This document shows positions 40,177 through 49,201 of a stretch of DNA of 64,000 nucleotides, piece after piece. The notes under the pieces are model-generated. The model saw only the letters and a list, made by a program, of their open reading frames with translations, searched no databases and had not been told where the DNA came from. Position 1 is the first letter of the stretch. Each line of letters opens with the position of its first letter. The position numbers and the translations under genes are program-made. The stretch is from assembly GCA_963640745.1 (NCBI GenBank), contig CAVIBB010000001.1:13155-77154 (forward strand), given 5' to 3'. Source of the stretch: Paludibacteraceae bacterium. GTDB taxonomy: Bacteria; Actinomycetota; Coriobacteriia; Coriobacteriales; Atopobiaceae.

Positions 40177-40305
40177 CATGCCCGAGATATCCCACTTTAA
40201 AATTGGATTGGCCGAGTAGACGGGCCCGTTTTCGGCGCGTTTGCCCAGTTGAGCGAGCGCCGCTACTCAGCAAGTCGAGTTTTAAAGTGGGATATCTCGG
40301 GCATG
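40177..40305. repeat. 127-bp hairpin/MITE-like element, copy 2
   Basis: Perfect 26-bp inverted repeats CATGCCCGAGATATCCCACTTTAAAA; central CCCAGTTGAG; same span as the copy at 18663. Confidence 0.9.
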
Positions 40306-40362
40306 ACGCCCCCGAAGAGCCTCAAGACGCCGAAGAAGGGGGTTTCAGGGCCAGCGTCGCAC

Positions 40363-40406
40363 AAAAAGGTCCGGGGATACACCGCTTGGCGCATCCCCGG
40401 ACTCCT
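40363..40406 (-). terminator. Intrinsic terminator after the cyclophilin gene
   Basis: GTCCGGGGAT...ATCCCCGGAC stem with a minus-strand T tract. Confidence 0.7.
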
Positions 40407-40429
40407 TGAATCCCCGCCTCAACCGCAAT

Positions 40430-41137
40430 CTAGTCGACGACCGCGACCTTGACGATCTTCGGCTGGTCCGCGGCCGCAACGGTGCCGTTCGAATCCTGGA
40501 CCGCCGTGTTCTCAGCGACGGCGTCGACGACCTCCATGCCGGAGGTAACGTTGCCGAAGGCCGCATACTGGCCGTCAAGCGACGTGTTCGTGGCGTGCAT
40601 GATAAAGAACTGCGAGCTCGCCGAGTCGTAGGCGCTCGAGCGCGCCATGCTGATGGTGCCGCGCACGTGGCTGATGGGGTTGCTCACCCCGTTCTGCGTG
40701 AACTCGCCCTTGATGCACTGGTCAGAGCCGCCCGTGCCGTTGCCCTTGGGGTCGCCGCCCTGGATCATGAAGCCCTTGATGACTCGGTGGAAGGTAAGCC
40801 CGTCGTAGAACCCCTCGTTGGCAAGGCGACAGAAGTTCGCGACCGTGATGGGCGCCACGTTGGCGTTGAGCGCGACCTCGATGGTTCCGCAGCCCTCGAC
40901 CTCGATAGTCGCGTGATGGGTTCCGGAGGCGTACGGGTCGCCGTCCTCGGGCGTCCAAAGGCCGTCCGCGGACGATTCGGACGAGGAAGACGACGCGTCG
41001 GATGCAGCAGCGTCAGACGCGGCGGAGCCGGAGCCCTTATCGCCGCCGGAAGAAGAACCGCAGCCGGCGAGCGCGAGCGCAGCCGCCCCCGCCGCCCCGG
41101 CGAGGAACTCGCGCCGAGTCAGGTCATCGATACCCAT
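40430..41137 (-). CDS. Cyclophilin-type peptidyl-prolyl isomerase, predicted Tat lipoprotein
   Basis: FHRVIKGFMIQGGDP, ISMAR, SQFFI, LDGQYAAFG; N-terminal TRREFL and LAGC lipobox. Confidence 0.92.
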   Translation of the reverse strand: MGIDDLTRREFLAGAAGAAALALAGCGSSSGGDKGSGSAASDAAASDASSSSSESSADGLWTPEDGDPYASGTHHATIEVEGCGTIEVALNANVAPITVANFCRLANEGFYDGLTFHRVIKGFMIQGGDPKGNGTGGSDQCIKGEFTQNGVSNPISHVRGTISMARSSAYDSASSQFFIMHATNTSLDGQYAAFGNVTSGMEVVDAVAENTAVQDSNGTVAAADQPKIVKVAVVD

Positions 41138-41146
41138 ACCGGCCCC

Positions 41147-42307
41147 CTACATTCCCGCCGCGGCGATGGCGGCCACGGCCTCGCGGATCTTCTCGGGCGG
41201 CATCACGAGCGCCATGCGGCAGAACCCCTCGCCCGAGGGACCGAAGCTCGCGCCCGGCGTGACGATGACGCCGGCCTTCTCCATAAGCTCGAGCGCGAAG
41301 TCCATGGAATCCATGCGCCCATGCGGCAGGCGGGCCCACACGAACATCGAGCCGTGGGCGTTGGGGCGCTCCCAGCCAAGGGCCTCGAGGCCGTCGCACA
41401 GGGCGTCGCGGCGCTCCTGATACTGCATGCGCTGCTTCTCGACCTCGTCGCGCGGCCCTGTGAGCGCGGCGATGGCCACGTCCTGCTCGGGGTAGAACAT
41501 GCCGAAATCGACCTGGCCGCGGAGCTTCTTTGCGGCGGCGACAATGTCGGGGCGGCCGACGAGGAAGCTGAGGCGCATGCCTGTGACGTTGAAGCTCTTG
41601 GAAAGCGAGAGGAACTCCACGCCGACCTCTGCGGCGCCGGGGTAAGAAAGGAAGCTGCCGCCCGCAGGGCCGTCGAACACGATGTCGGAATACGCGTTGT
41701 CATGGATGACCACGAGGTCGTGCTCGCGCGCGAACTCGATGATGCGCCCGTAGACCTCAGGCGTGCCCACGGAGCCCACGGGGTTGGCGGGCAGCGAGAC
41801 GATCATGGCCTTGGCCGCGTCGGCCACCCCCGGGTCGATTCCGTCGACGTAGGGCAGGAAATCGTGTTCGGCGGTAAGCGGGTAGTACGCGCACGTCGCG
41901 CCGGCGAGCAGCGTCGCGTTCTGGAAAACGGGGTAGCAGGGGTCGGGCACGAGGACCGTGTCGCCGGGGTCGACGAGCGCCTCGATGGCCCAGAGCATGC
42001 CCTCCTGGGTGCCGCGGCAGCTCATGACCTGGTCGCGGCCGATGCCCGCCACGCCGTAACGGTCCTGGTAATAAGCGCTCACCGCGTCGAGCAGCTCGTC
42101 CCTGTCGTGGAGGGAGTACTTCCAGTTCTCGGTGTCGGCGGCGGAAGCGGCGAGCGCCTCCATGAGGTGCGGCATCGGCTTGAAGTCGGGCGTGCCGACC
42201 GAGAGGTCGTAGACGGTGCGGCCGGCGGCCTCGAGGGCGCGGCGCTTCTCGTTCAAGGCGGCGAACACCTCGGCACCAAAGAGGTCGAGACGCTTTGAGA
42301 GTTCCAT
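41147..42307 (-). CDS. Class I/II PLP aminotransferase (LL-diaminopimelate aminotransferase-like)
   Basis: PANPVG, HDNAYSDI, SLSKSFNVTGMR. Confidence 0.8.
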   Translation of the reverse strand: MELSKRLDLFGAEVFAALNEKRRALEAAGRTVYDLSVGTPDFKPMPHLMEALAASAADTENWKYSLHDRDELLDAVSAYYQDRYGVAGIGRDQVMSCRGTQEGMLWAIEALVDPGDTVLVPDPCYPVFQNATLLAGATCAYYPLTAEHDFLPYVDGIDPGVADAAKAMIVSLPANPVGSVGTPEVYGRIIEFAREHDLVVIHDNAYSDIVFDGPAGGSFLSYPGAAEVGVEFLSLSKSFNVTGMRLSFLVGRPDIVAAAKKLRGQVDFGMFYPEQDVAIAALTGPRDEVEKQRMQYQERRDALCDGLEALGWERPNAHGSMFVWARLPHGRMDSMDFALELMEKAGVIVTPGASFGPSGEGFCRMALVMPPEKIREAVAAIAAAGM

Positions 42308-42557
42308 GCCGCTCCAATCGTTGTGGCCTTTGCAGACAGTCTTCTAACTTTACACCCGAGCGACGCGGGCGGCCCGGAGCCGCGGAGAGAACCGCGGGCC
42401 GCTCGGCGAACCGCCCCCGGGCCCAGGGTTTCACCCACTCTTCACCACTTGTTCGCAAGTCCCAAAAAAGTTACGTCAATTTTTGTGCCAGACTATGCCC
42501 GCTGCCTGCGCAGACGCGAGCCGTCTCCAACGGCTTAAGCTTGTCAAGACCCCACTT

Positions 42558-42605
42558 TAACAAGATATTGGGTCAACAAACACTTCTAAACACAACAGGT
42601 TGTGT
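42558..42605. promoter_or_regulatory. Tandem NrdR boxes
   Basis: TAACAAGATATTGGGT at 42558 and ACACAACAGGTTGTGT at 42590, 32 bp apart and upstream of nrdD; box 1 overlaps a TTGTCA-N17-GATATT promoter candidate. Confidence 0.75.
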
Positions 42606-42682
42606 CATAGTTGGTGTCGATAAAAACGAGCGAAAACTCGGCGCGCCCCTGGACGCGCCGCTTTTTTGGAAAAGAGACGGCC

Positions 42683-44905
42683 ATGAAGATCATCAAGCGC
42701 AACGGTTCCGAGGTCAACTTTGACGTTCAGAAGATCGTGAACGCCATCGCGGCCGCGAACCTCGAGGTCCCCGAGGACGAGCGCCTGAGCGATCGCAGCA
42801 TCAAGTTCGCGGCCTACAACGTGGCCGACGAGTGCATGAACTCCGGCCACACCGTAACGGTCGAGGAGGTCCAGGACCTCGTCGAGGACCAGCTCATGGC
42901 CCTCGACCACTTCGAGGTCGCCCGCCACTACATCATTTATCGCTACGTACAGGCCCAGAAACGTCAGAAGAACACCACCGACGACAAGATCTTGTCCCTC
43001 ATCGAGTGCAACAACGAGGAAGTCAAGCAGGAGAACTCCAACAAGAACCCCACCGTCGTCAGCGTGCAGCGTGACTACATGGCCGGTGAGGTCTCCAAGG
43101 ACCTGGCCATGCGTGAGCTTCTTCCCGCCGACGTCGTGGCCGCCCACCAGGAGGGCGTCATCCACTTCCACGACGCCGACTACTTCGCACAGCACATGCA
43201 CAACTGCGACCTCATCAACCTCGACGACATGCTGCAAAACGGCACCGTCATCTCCGGCACGCTCATCGAGCGCCCGCACTCCTTCAGCACGGCGTGCAAC
43301 ATCGCGACGCAGATCATCGCGCAGGTCGCTTCTTGCCAGTACGGCGGGCAGTCGATCTCGCTCACGCACCTCGCGCCGTTCGTCGACGTCTCGCGCAAGA
43401 AGATCCGCCGCCAGGTCTACGCCGAGATGGAGGCCATCGACGCCCACCCCGGCGAGGAGGCCATCAACACCATCGTCGAGAAGCGCCTGCGCGAGGAGGT
43501 CGCCCGCGGCGTTCAGACCATCCAGTACCAGGTCGTGACCCTCATGACCACCAACGGCCAAGCGCCTTTCATCACCGTGTTCATGTACCTCAACGAGGCG
43601 CGAAACGCGCAGGAGAAGGCCGACCTCGCGCTCTGCATCGAGGAGATGCTGCGCCAGCGTCACCAGGGCGTCAAGAACGAGGCCGGCGTGTGGATCACCC
43701 CCGCCTTCCCCAAGCTCATCTACGTACTCGAGGAGGACAACGTCGACGAGTCCGGCGAGTACTACTACCTCACCAAGCTCGCCGCAAAGTGCACGGCCAA
43801 GCGCATGGTGCCCGACTACATCTCCGAGAAGAAGATGCGCGAGTACAAGCTCTCGAAGGGAGAGACCGCCGGCAACGGCGACGTCTTCACCTGCATGGGC
43901 TGCCGCAGCTTCCTGACCCCGGACCGCTCGGGCAACGGCTACAACAACGTGGCGCGCGCAAAGAACTACGAGCCGGGCAAGCCCAAGTACTACGGCCGCT
44001 TTAACCAGGGCGTCGTCACCATCAACCTGCCCGACGTGGCGCTTTCCGCCGGCCGCGACATGAGCAAGTTCTGGGAGATCTTCGAGGAGCGCCTCGAGCT
44101 CTGCCACAAGGCCCTGCGCGCCCGTCACGACCGCCTCTGCGGCACGCTCTCCGACGCCGCGCCGATCCTTTGGCAGTACGGCGCGCTGGCCCGCCTGCCC
44201 AAGGGCGCGCCCATCGACCCGCTGCTCTACGGCGGCTACTCCACCATCAGCCTGGGCTACGCCGGCCTCTACGAGTGCGTCAAGGCCATGACCGGCCACA
44301 GCCACACCGACCGCGAGGCCACGCCGTTCGCGCTCGCCGTCATGCAGAAGATGAACGACAAGTGCGAGGAGTGGAAGGCCGCCGAGGACATCGACTACTC
44401 CCTCTACGGCACGCCGCTCGAGTCCACCACGTATAAGTTCGCCAAGTGCCTGCAGAAGCGCTTCGGCGTGGTGCCCGGCATCACCGACAAGGGCTACATC
44501 ACCAACAGCTACCACGTGCACGTGAGCGAGAAGATCGACGCCTTTACCAAGCTCAAGTTCGAGAGCGAGTTCCAGCGTCTCTCCCCCGGCGGGGCCATTT
44601 CCTACATCGAGGTGCCCAACATGCAGGACAACCTCGAGGCTGTTCTCTCCGTGTTGCGCTACATCTACGACAACATCATGTACGCCGAGCTCAACACCAA
44701 GAGCGATTATTGCCAGGTATGCGGCTACGACGGCGAGATCCAGATCGTGGAGGACGACGGCAAGCTCGTGTGGGAGTGTCCGAGCTGCGGCAACCGCGAC
44801 CAGTCCAAGATGAACGTCGCGCGCCGCACCTGCGGATACATCGGCACGCAGTTCTGGAACCAGGGACGCACCGAGGAGATCCGCGACCGCGTGCTTCACC
44901 TCTAG
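42683..44905 (+). CDS. nrdD: Anaerobic ribonucleoside-triphosphate reductase
   Basis: N-terminal ATP cone, HNC, MGCRSF, YITNSYHV, CxxC...CxxC and the glycyl-radical motif RTCGYI. Confidence 0.97.
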   Translation: MKIIKRNGSEVNFDVQKIVNAIAAANLEVPEDERLSDRSIKFAAYNVADECMNSGHTVTVEEVQDLVEDQLMALDHFEVARHYIIYRYVQAQKRQKNTTDDKILSLIECNNEEVKQENSNKNPTVVSVQRDYMAGEVSKDLAMRELLPADVVAAHQEGVIHFHDADYFAQHMHNCDLINLDDMLQNGTVISGTLIERPHSFSTACNIATQIIAQVASCQYGGQSISLTHLAPFVDVSRKKIRRQVYAEMEAIDAHPGEEAINTIVEKRLREEVARGVQTIQYQVVTLMTTNGQAPFITVFMYLNEARNAQEKADLALCIEEMLRQRHQGVKNEAGVWITPAFPKLIYVLEEDNVDESGEYYYLTKLAAKCTAKRMVPDYISEKKMREYKLSKGETAGNGDVFTCMGCRSFLTPDRSGNGYNNVARAKNYEPGKPKYYGRFNQGVVTINLPDVALSAGRDMSKFWEIFEERLELCHKALRARHDRLCGTLSDAAPILWQYGALARLPKGAPIDPLLYGGYSTISLGYAGLYECVKAMTGHSHTDREATPFALAVMQKMNDKCEEWKAAEDIDYSLYGTPLESTTYKFAKCLQKRFGVVPGITDKGYITNSYHVHVSEKIDAFTKLKFESEFQRLSPGGAISYIEVPNMQDNLEAVLSVLRYIYDNIMYAELNTKSDYCQVCGYDGEIQIVEDDGKLVWECPSCGNRDQSKMNVARRTCGYIGTQFWNQGRTEEIRDRVLHL

Positions 44906-44911
44906 CAAGAA

Positions 44912-44946
44912 GGGCCGCAAGCCTGGTGGTTTGCGGCCTCTCTTTT
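44912..44946 (+). terminator. Intrinsic terminator after nrdD
   Basis: GGCCGCAAGCC...GGTTTGCGGCC followed by TCTCTTTT. Confidence 0.7.
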
Positions 44947-45077
44947 GGGTGGCTATATCAATGTTCGAATGATGCGAAGGAGCTGTTCATTCGCATCGTT
45001 TCGCGTCTCTCCCCTCCCCTGAAAACGTGGCAAAATGTAGGGTTGCACACACGTACACGCGCGTAATGGAGGAACGC

Positions 45078-46748
45078 ATGTCCGAGGCAATCCGCAAGGT
45101 CAACGTCATTGGCCACCTCAACCCCGACACCGACAGCATCTGCTCGGCGATCGCCTACGCCTACCTCAAGAACAAGGTAGAGAACACCACCATCTACGAG
45201 GCCCGTCGCGCCGGCTCCGTCAACCGCGAGACCGCCTTCGCGCTCAAGCACTTCGGCTTCTCCGAGCCCCCGCTGATCACCACCGTGACCCCGCAGATCA
45301 AGGACACCGAGGTCCAGAAGCAGGAGGGCATCGACTCCGAGACGAGCCTCTTCGAGGCCTGGAACGTCATGCGCGAGTCCAAGACCGACACGCTCTCCAT
45401 CACCGACGGCGACGACAACCTGCTCGGCCTTATTGCCACCAAGGACATCGCCAACGCCAACCTCGACATCTTCGACATCGAGGTCCTCGGCAACTCCAAG
45501 ACCAAGTTCGCCAACATCGTGAGCACCCTCAACGGCGAGATGATCCTCGGCGACCCCGAGGCGCGCGTCGAGGCCGGCAGCCTGCGCGTGGGCACCACCC
45601 CCGAGATGATGGAGGACACCGTCAAGGCCGGTGACCTCGTCCTCGTGACCAACCGCTACGAGACCCAGCAGTTCGCCGTGGGCGCCGAGGCCAGCTGCAT
45701 CGTCGTCTGCTGCGGCGCCTCCGTGTCCAACCAGGTCAAGGAGTCGGCCGAGCGTCACGGCTGCACCATCATCGCCACCCCTTACGACACCTACGCCGCC
45801 GCGCGCCTGATCTGCATGTCCATCCCCGTGCGCGCCAAGATGATCTCCGAGAAGTCGACCATCAAGTTCAGCGTGAACACCTCCGTCGACGACGCCAAGA
45901 AGACCATCGCCAGCTCGCGTCACCGCTTCTTCCCCGTCATCGACGAGGACGGCAAGTACGTGGGCCTCGTCAACACCGCGAGCCTCCTCTCCGCAAAGAA
46001 GAAGCACGTCATCCTCGTTGACCACAACGAGAAGAGCCAGGCGGTTGACGGCCTTGAGCAGGCCGAGATCATGGAGATCATCGACCACCACCGCATCGGT
46101 TCCATCGAGACCGAGGCCCCCGCGCTCTTCCGCAACATGCCCGTGGGCTGCACGAGCACCATCATCTACCAGATGTTCCAGGAGAACGGCCTCGAGATCC
46201 CCAAGGACATCGCCGGCCTCATGCTCTCCGCCATCATGTCCGACACCCTCGCGTTCCGCTCCCCCACCTGCACCTCGATGGACGTCAACGCCGGCGAGGC
46301 CCTCGCGAAGATCTGCGGCGAAGACATCCCGACCTACTCCGACGCCATGTTCGAGGCCGGCGCCGACCTCACCGGCCGCTCCGCCGATGAGGTCTTCCAC
46401 CAGGACTTCAAGGTCTTCTCCCGCGGCAACGTCAAGTTCGGCGTGGGCCAGGGCTCCTTCATGACCGACAACTCCCGTAAGGCCGCCGAGAAGCTCGTCG
46501 GTCCCTACCTCGAGGAGGCCGCCAAGAACGAGGAACTCCCGATGGTGTTCTACATGTTCACCGACGTGAAGACCTCCACGACCGAGCTGCTCTACTTCGG
46601 CGAGGGCGCCGAGGACGTCATCAAGCGCGCCTGGGGCGCCGACGTGGTCGACGGCATCGCGGTCCTGCCGGGCGTCGTCTCCCGCAAGAAGCAGATGGTG
46701 CCGCCGCTGATGGCCACCTTCCAGAAGATCCAGGAGGAGCAGGACTAA
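45078..46748 (+). CDS. ppaC: Mn-dependent inorganic pyrophosphatase with CBS/DRTGG insert
   Basis: GHLNPDTDSI, LVDHNE, IIDHH, VSRKKQ plus an internal CBS-DRTGG-CBS region. Confidence 0.92.
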   Translation: MSEAIRKVNVIGHLNPDTDSICSAIAYAYLKNKVENTTIYEARRAGSVNRETAFALKHFGFSEPPLITTVTPQIKDTEVQKQEGIDSETSLFEAWNVMRESKTDTLSITDGDDNLLGLIATKDIANANLDIFDIEVLGNSKTKFANIVSTLNGEMILGDPEARVEAGSLRVGTTPEMMEDTVKAGDLVLVTNRYETQQFAVGAEASCIVVCCGASVSNQVKESAERHGCTIIATPYDTYAAARLICMSIPVRAKMISEKSTIKFSVNTSVDDAKKTIASSRHRFFPVIDEDGKYVGLVNTASLLSAKKKHVILVDHNEKSQAVDGLEQAEIMEIIDHHRIGSIETEAPALFRNMPVGCTSTIIYQMFQENGLEIPKDIAGLMLSAIMSDTLAFRSPTCTSMDVNAGEALAKICGEDIPTYSDAMFEAGADLTGRSADEVFHQDFKVFSRGNVKFGVGQGSFMTDNSRKAAEKLVGPYLEEAAKNEELPMVFYMFTDVKTSTTELLYFGEGAEDVIKRAWGADVVDGIAVLPGVVSRKKQMVPPLMATFQKIQEEQD

Positions 46749-46908
46749 CTCCTGCCCTTCCAAGCTTTTGGGGAACGGGTCTTCTCCGTGCTCAAACAGT
46801 CCTGTTCGCACGGGCGAGACATTAAGTCTCGTCCGGCTCATGCGGAACTGCGCGCGGAGAAGGCCCGTTTCCCTTGTCACGGCCGAATCCCTACAAAGAG
46901 AGAAGCAC

Positions 46909-47748
46909 ATGCACGGATTGCATGCCAGGTTGCCGAAGAACTTCGTGCTCGAAGAGCGGATCGAGAGGTACCGCGACTATATCGAGGCCGACCCGTACTC
47001 ATGGGCGGGCCGCTGGGCCGAGGCATGCGCGCCGACGGGTGCCGAGGCCTTCCGCGAGGTGAGACTCGACCTCGGGTGCGGAAAGGGCTCCTTTACCGTG
47101 GAGGCGGCGCGGCGCGAGCCCGACGTGCTCTTTATCGGCATGGACTCCGAGCCCATCTGCATCGCCTACGCGGCGCAGCGCGGCTTCGAGTCGGGGCTGC
47201 CCAACGTCGTCTTCGTGCCCGGCACGGGCATGCGCATCGGCGAGATGTTCTCCCCTGGTGAGCTGGGCGTTATTTACCTGAACTTCCCCACGCCGTTCCC
47301 TCGAAAGAAAGACTCGAAGGGCCGGCTCGTCAACCTCGAGCGACTTATGGACTACCGTGGCGTCCTACGTGACGGCGGCGAGGTGCGCCTGCGGACCGAC
47401 TCGCAGCCGCTCTTCGACTTCGCGCTCACGCAGGTCCCTCTTGCCGGCTACGAGCTCACGTGGCAAAGCCGCGACGCCCGCGCGGAGCGTCCCGACGACC
47501 CCATGAGCGAGTACGAGGAGCGGCTCGGCTCCCAAGGCGCGCTGGTCAACAGCTATATCGCCGTTCCGGGGCCCGCGCCCGAAAACCCCGTCCAGACCGC
47601 GGAGATGAGCCTCGCCGCCTACATCCCCGACGACCTCTCGAGCTTCGACGGCTACGCGCCCCACGGCATGCAGGGCACCATCGAGAACCTGCGCCGCCGC
47701 GCCCAGAAGAACAACGGCGACTGGAGCCGCGGCATCACGCTTTCGTAA
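46909..47748 (+). CDS. trmB: tRNA (guanine-N7)-methyltransferase
   Basis: LDLGCGKG, YLNFPTPFPRKK, LRTD, SEYE. Confidence 0.9.
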   Translation: MHGLHARLPKNFVLEERIERYRDYIEADPYSWAGRWAEACAPTGAEAFREVRLDLGCGKGSFTVEAARREPDVLFIGMDSEPICIAYAAQRGFESGLPNVVFVPGTGMRIGEMFSPGELGVIYLNFPTPFPRKKDSKGRLVNLERLMDYRGVLRDGGEVRLRTDSQPLFDFALTQVPLAGYELTWQSRDARAERPDDPMSEYEERLGSQGALVNSYIAVPGPAPENPVQTAEMSLAAYIPDDLSSFDGYAPHGMQGTIENLRRRAQKNNGDWSRGITLS

Positions 47749-47760
47749 GCGGGTCGCACG

Positions 47761-48147
47761 CGCCCCAGAAACGCGTCGCACAGCAATCTGGCGCGATCGC
47801 GCGCCCCGAGATTGCGTCGCGCAGCAACCCGACGCGGCCGCGACCCCTGGAAGCACGCCGCGCAGTAACGTTGTCAACGAATTCGCCCCGGAAGTGCGCC
47901 GCCCAGTAAGGTTTGATTACTGGGCGGCGCACTTCCGGGGCGTTCTTCTTGCCGGCGTTACTGGGCAGCGAGGTTCCAGGGCCCGGCAACGGTCACGGTT
48001 ACTGGGCGGCGCACTTCCGGGGCGTTCTTCTTGCCGGCGTTACTGGGCGGCGAGGTTCCAGGGCGCGGCAACGGTTGCGGTTGCTGGACGACGAGGTTCC
48101 AGGGCGCGGCAACAGTTGCGGTTACTGGGCGGCGCGCTTACGGGGCA
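47761..48147. repeat. 41-bp-period mirror array, family A (4 forward + 6 inverted cores)
   Basis: Cores at 47761, 47802, 47843, 47884; 5-bp gap; inverted cores at 47916, 47957, 47998, 48039, 48080, 48121. Confidence 0.95.
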
Positions 48148-48166
48148 CTTTCGGGCCGCGAAGCAC

Positions 48167-49036
48167 TTATTCCGGCAAGAAGCCCTCGAAGATGGCCACG
48201 GCACCCTCGGCCTCGCACTGGGCAAGCTCTTCCTTGCTGCGGACGGTCCACTCAACGAGGTGCGCGCCCAGGACGTCGCACGAGAGCCGGACCGCCGCGT
48301 TGTTGCGGTCGCGGAACCGATACGCAACGAAATCCGGTCGGGCAGCCGCGTTGGAAAGAAGCGCCGTTCCGCCGACGCGCTGGTAGAGGGGCCGCCAGTC
48401 GTCTTCGAGGAAGTTCTGCGCAAGCTGCCCGCGGATAACCTCGGGCCGGTGACGACGCAGCCACATGACGACGCGCGGGTCAAAGCTCTCCGCGCAGAAG
48501 CGCACAAGGTGCTCATCGAGGCATGCCATCGTACGCTCGCAGAGCGCATCCGCGTTGCCTCCGCGGGTCTTGAGCTCGACGATCACGAACGGCGGCAGCT
48601 CCGACTCTCCCGTAGGGTCGCACTCAAACACGGAGAGCGCTTCGTCGAGCGTCGGGATGCGCTCGTCGGTGCCGGCGAGACGGCATTCACGAAGCTCGCC
48701 CAGGGTCATTTCCTCGACGACGCCGCAGCACCCGCACATGCGCCCGAGCTCGGAGTCGTGGATGACCACGAGCTCGCCGTCGGCGGTCAGATGAACGTCG
48801 AGCTCGACGCCGAAACCCCGCTCGCGCGCACGGCGGAAAGCCGCGACCGAGTTCTCGGGAACGCCGTCGCCGTGCAGGCCGCGGTGCGCGTAGCGATAGC
48901 GCGAGATCTCTCGCCACTGCTGGCCAAGCACCGCGCCCCCGTGTCGAGGCGCCAATACGGCGCAGGTAGCAGCACATGCCGCAATAGCAGAACCGGTCGC
49001 GACCGCCGCGACGCCAAGGACTTTGCTAGCTTTCAT
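48167..49036 (-). CDS. Glycerophosphodiester phosphodiesterase
   Basis: AHRG, ENS, ELDVHLTADG, VIHD, VELK, SFDP, WTV; N-terminal membrane anchor. Confidence 0.9.
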   Translation of the reverse strand: MKASKVLGVAAVATGSAIAACAATCAVLAPRHGGAVLGQQWREISRYRYAHRGLHGDGVPENSVAAFRRARERGFGVELDVHLTADGELVVIHDSELGRMCGCCGVVEEMTLGELRECRLAGTDERIPTLDEALSVFECDPTGESELPPFVIVELKTRGGNADALCERTMACLDEHLVRFCAESFDPRVVMWLRRHRPEVIRGQLAQNFLEDDWRPLYQRVGGTALLSNAAARPDFVAYRFRDRNNAAVRLSCDVLGAHLVEWTVRSKEELAQCEAEGAVAIFEGFLPE

Positions 49037-49201
49037 AGCTCCCCCAAGAGATGAGCCGAAGTTTTCGGAACCCGCACGGGCCCAACCGCACGCGAAACAT
49101 ACCCAAACAGTATGCCACTCGCCGTGCGCGCCCCGCCCAGCGACCCGTCGAAGGTAAATGGGTAGTAAGGTAGATGTTCCGAACTTCGAGAAAGGCCCAT
49201 C

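Noticed and set aside
42551..42560. CCCACTTTAA match to the 127-bp element arm
   Set aside because: Only 10 bp, no partner arm, and it lies within the nrdD promoter spacer; probably chance.
47761..48147. TIGR-like guide-RNA array
   Set aside because: No Nop-domain gene nearby, no box C/D-like motifs recognised, and the mirror symmetry does not fit a unidirectional guide array.
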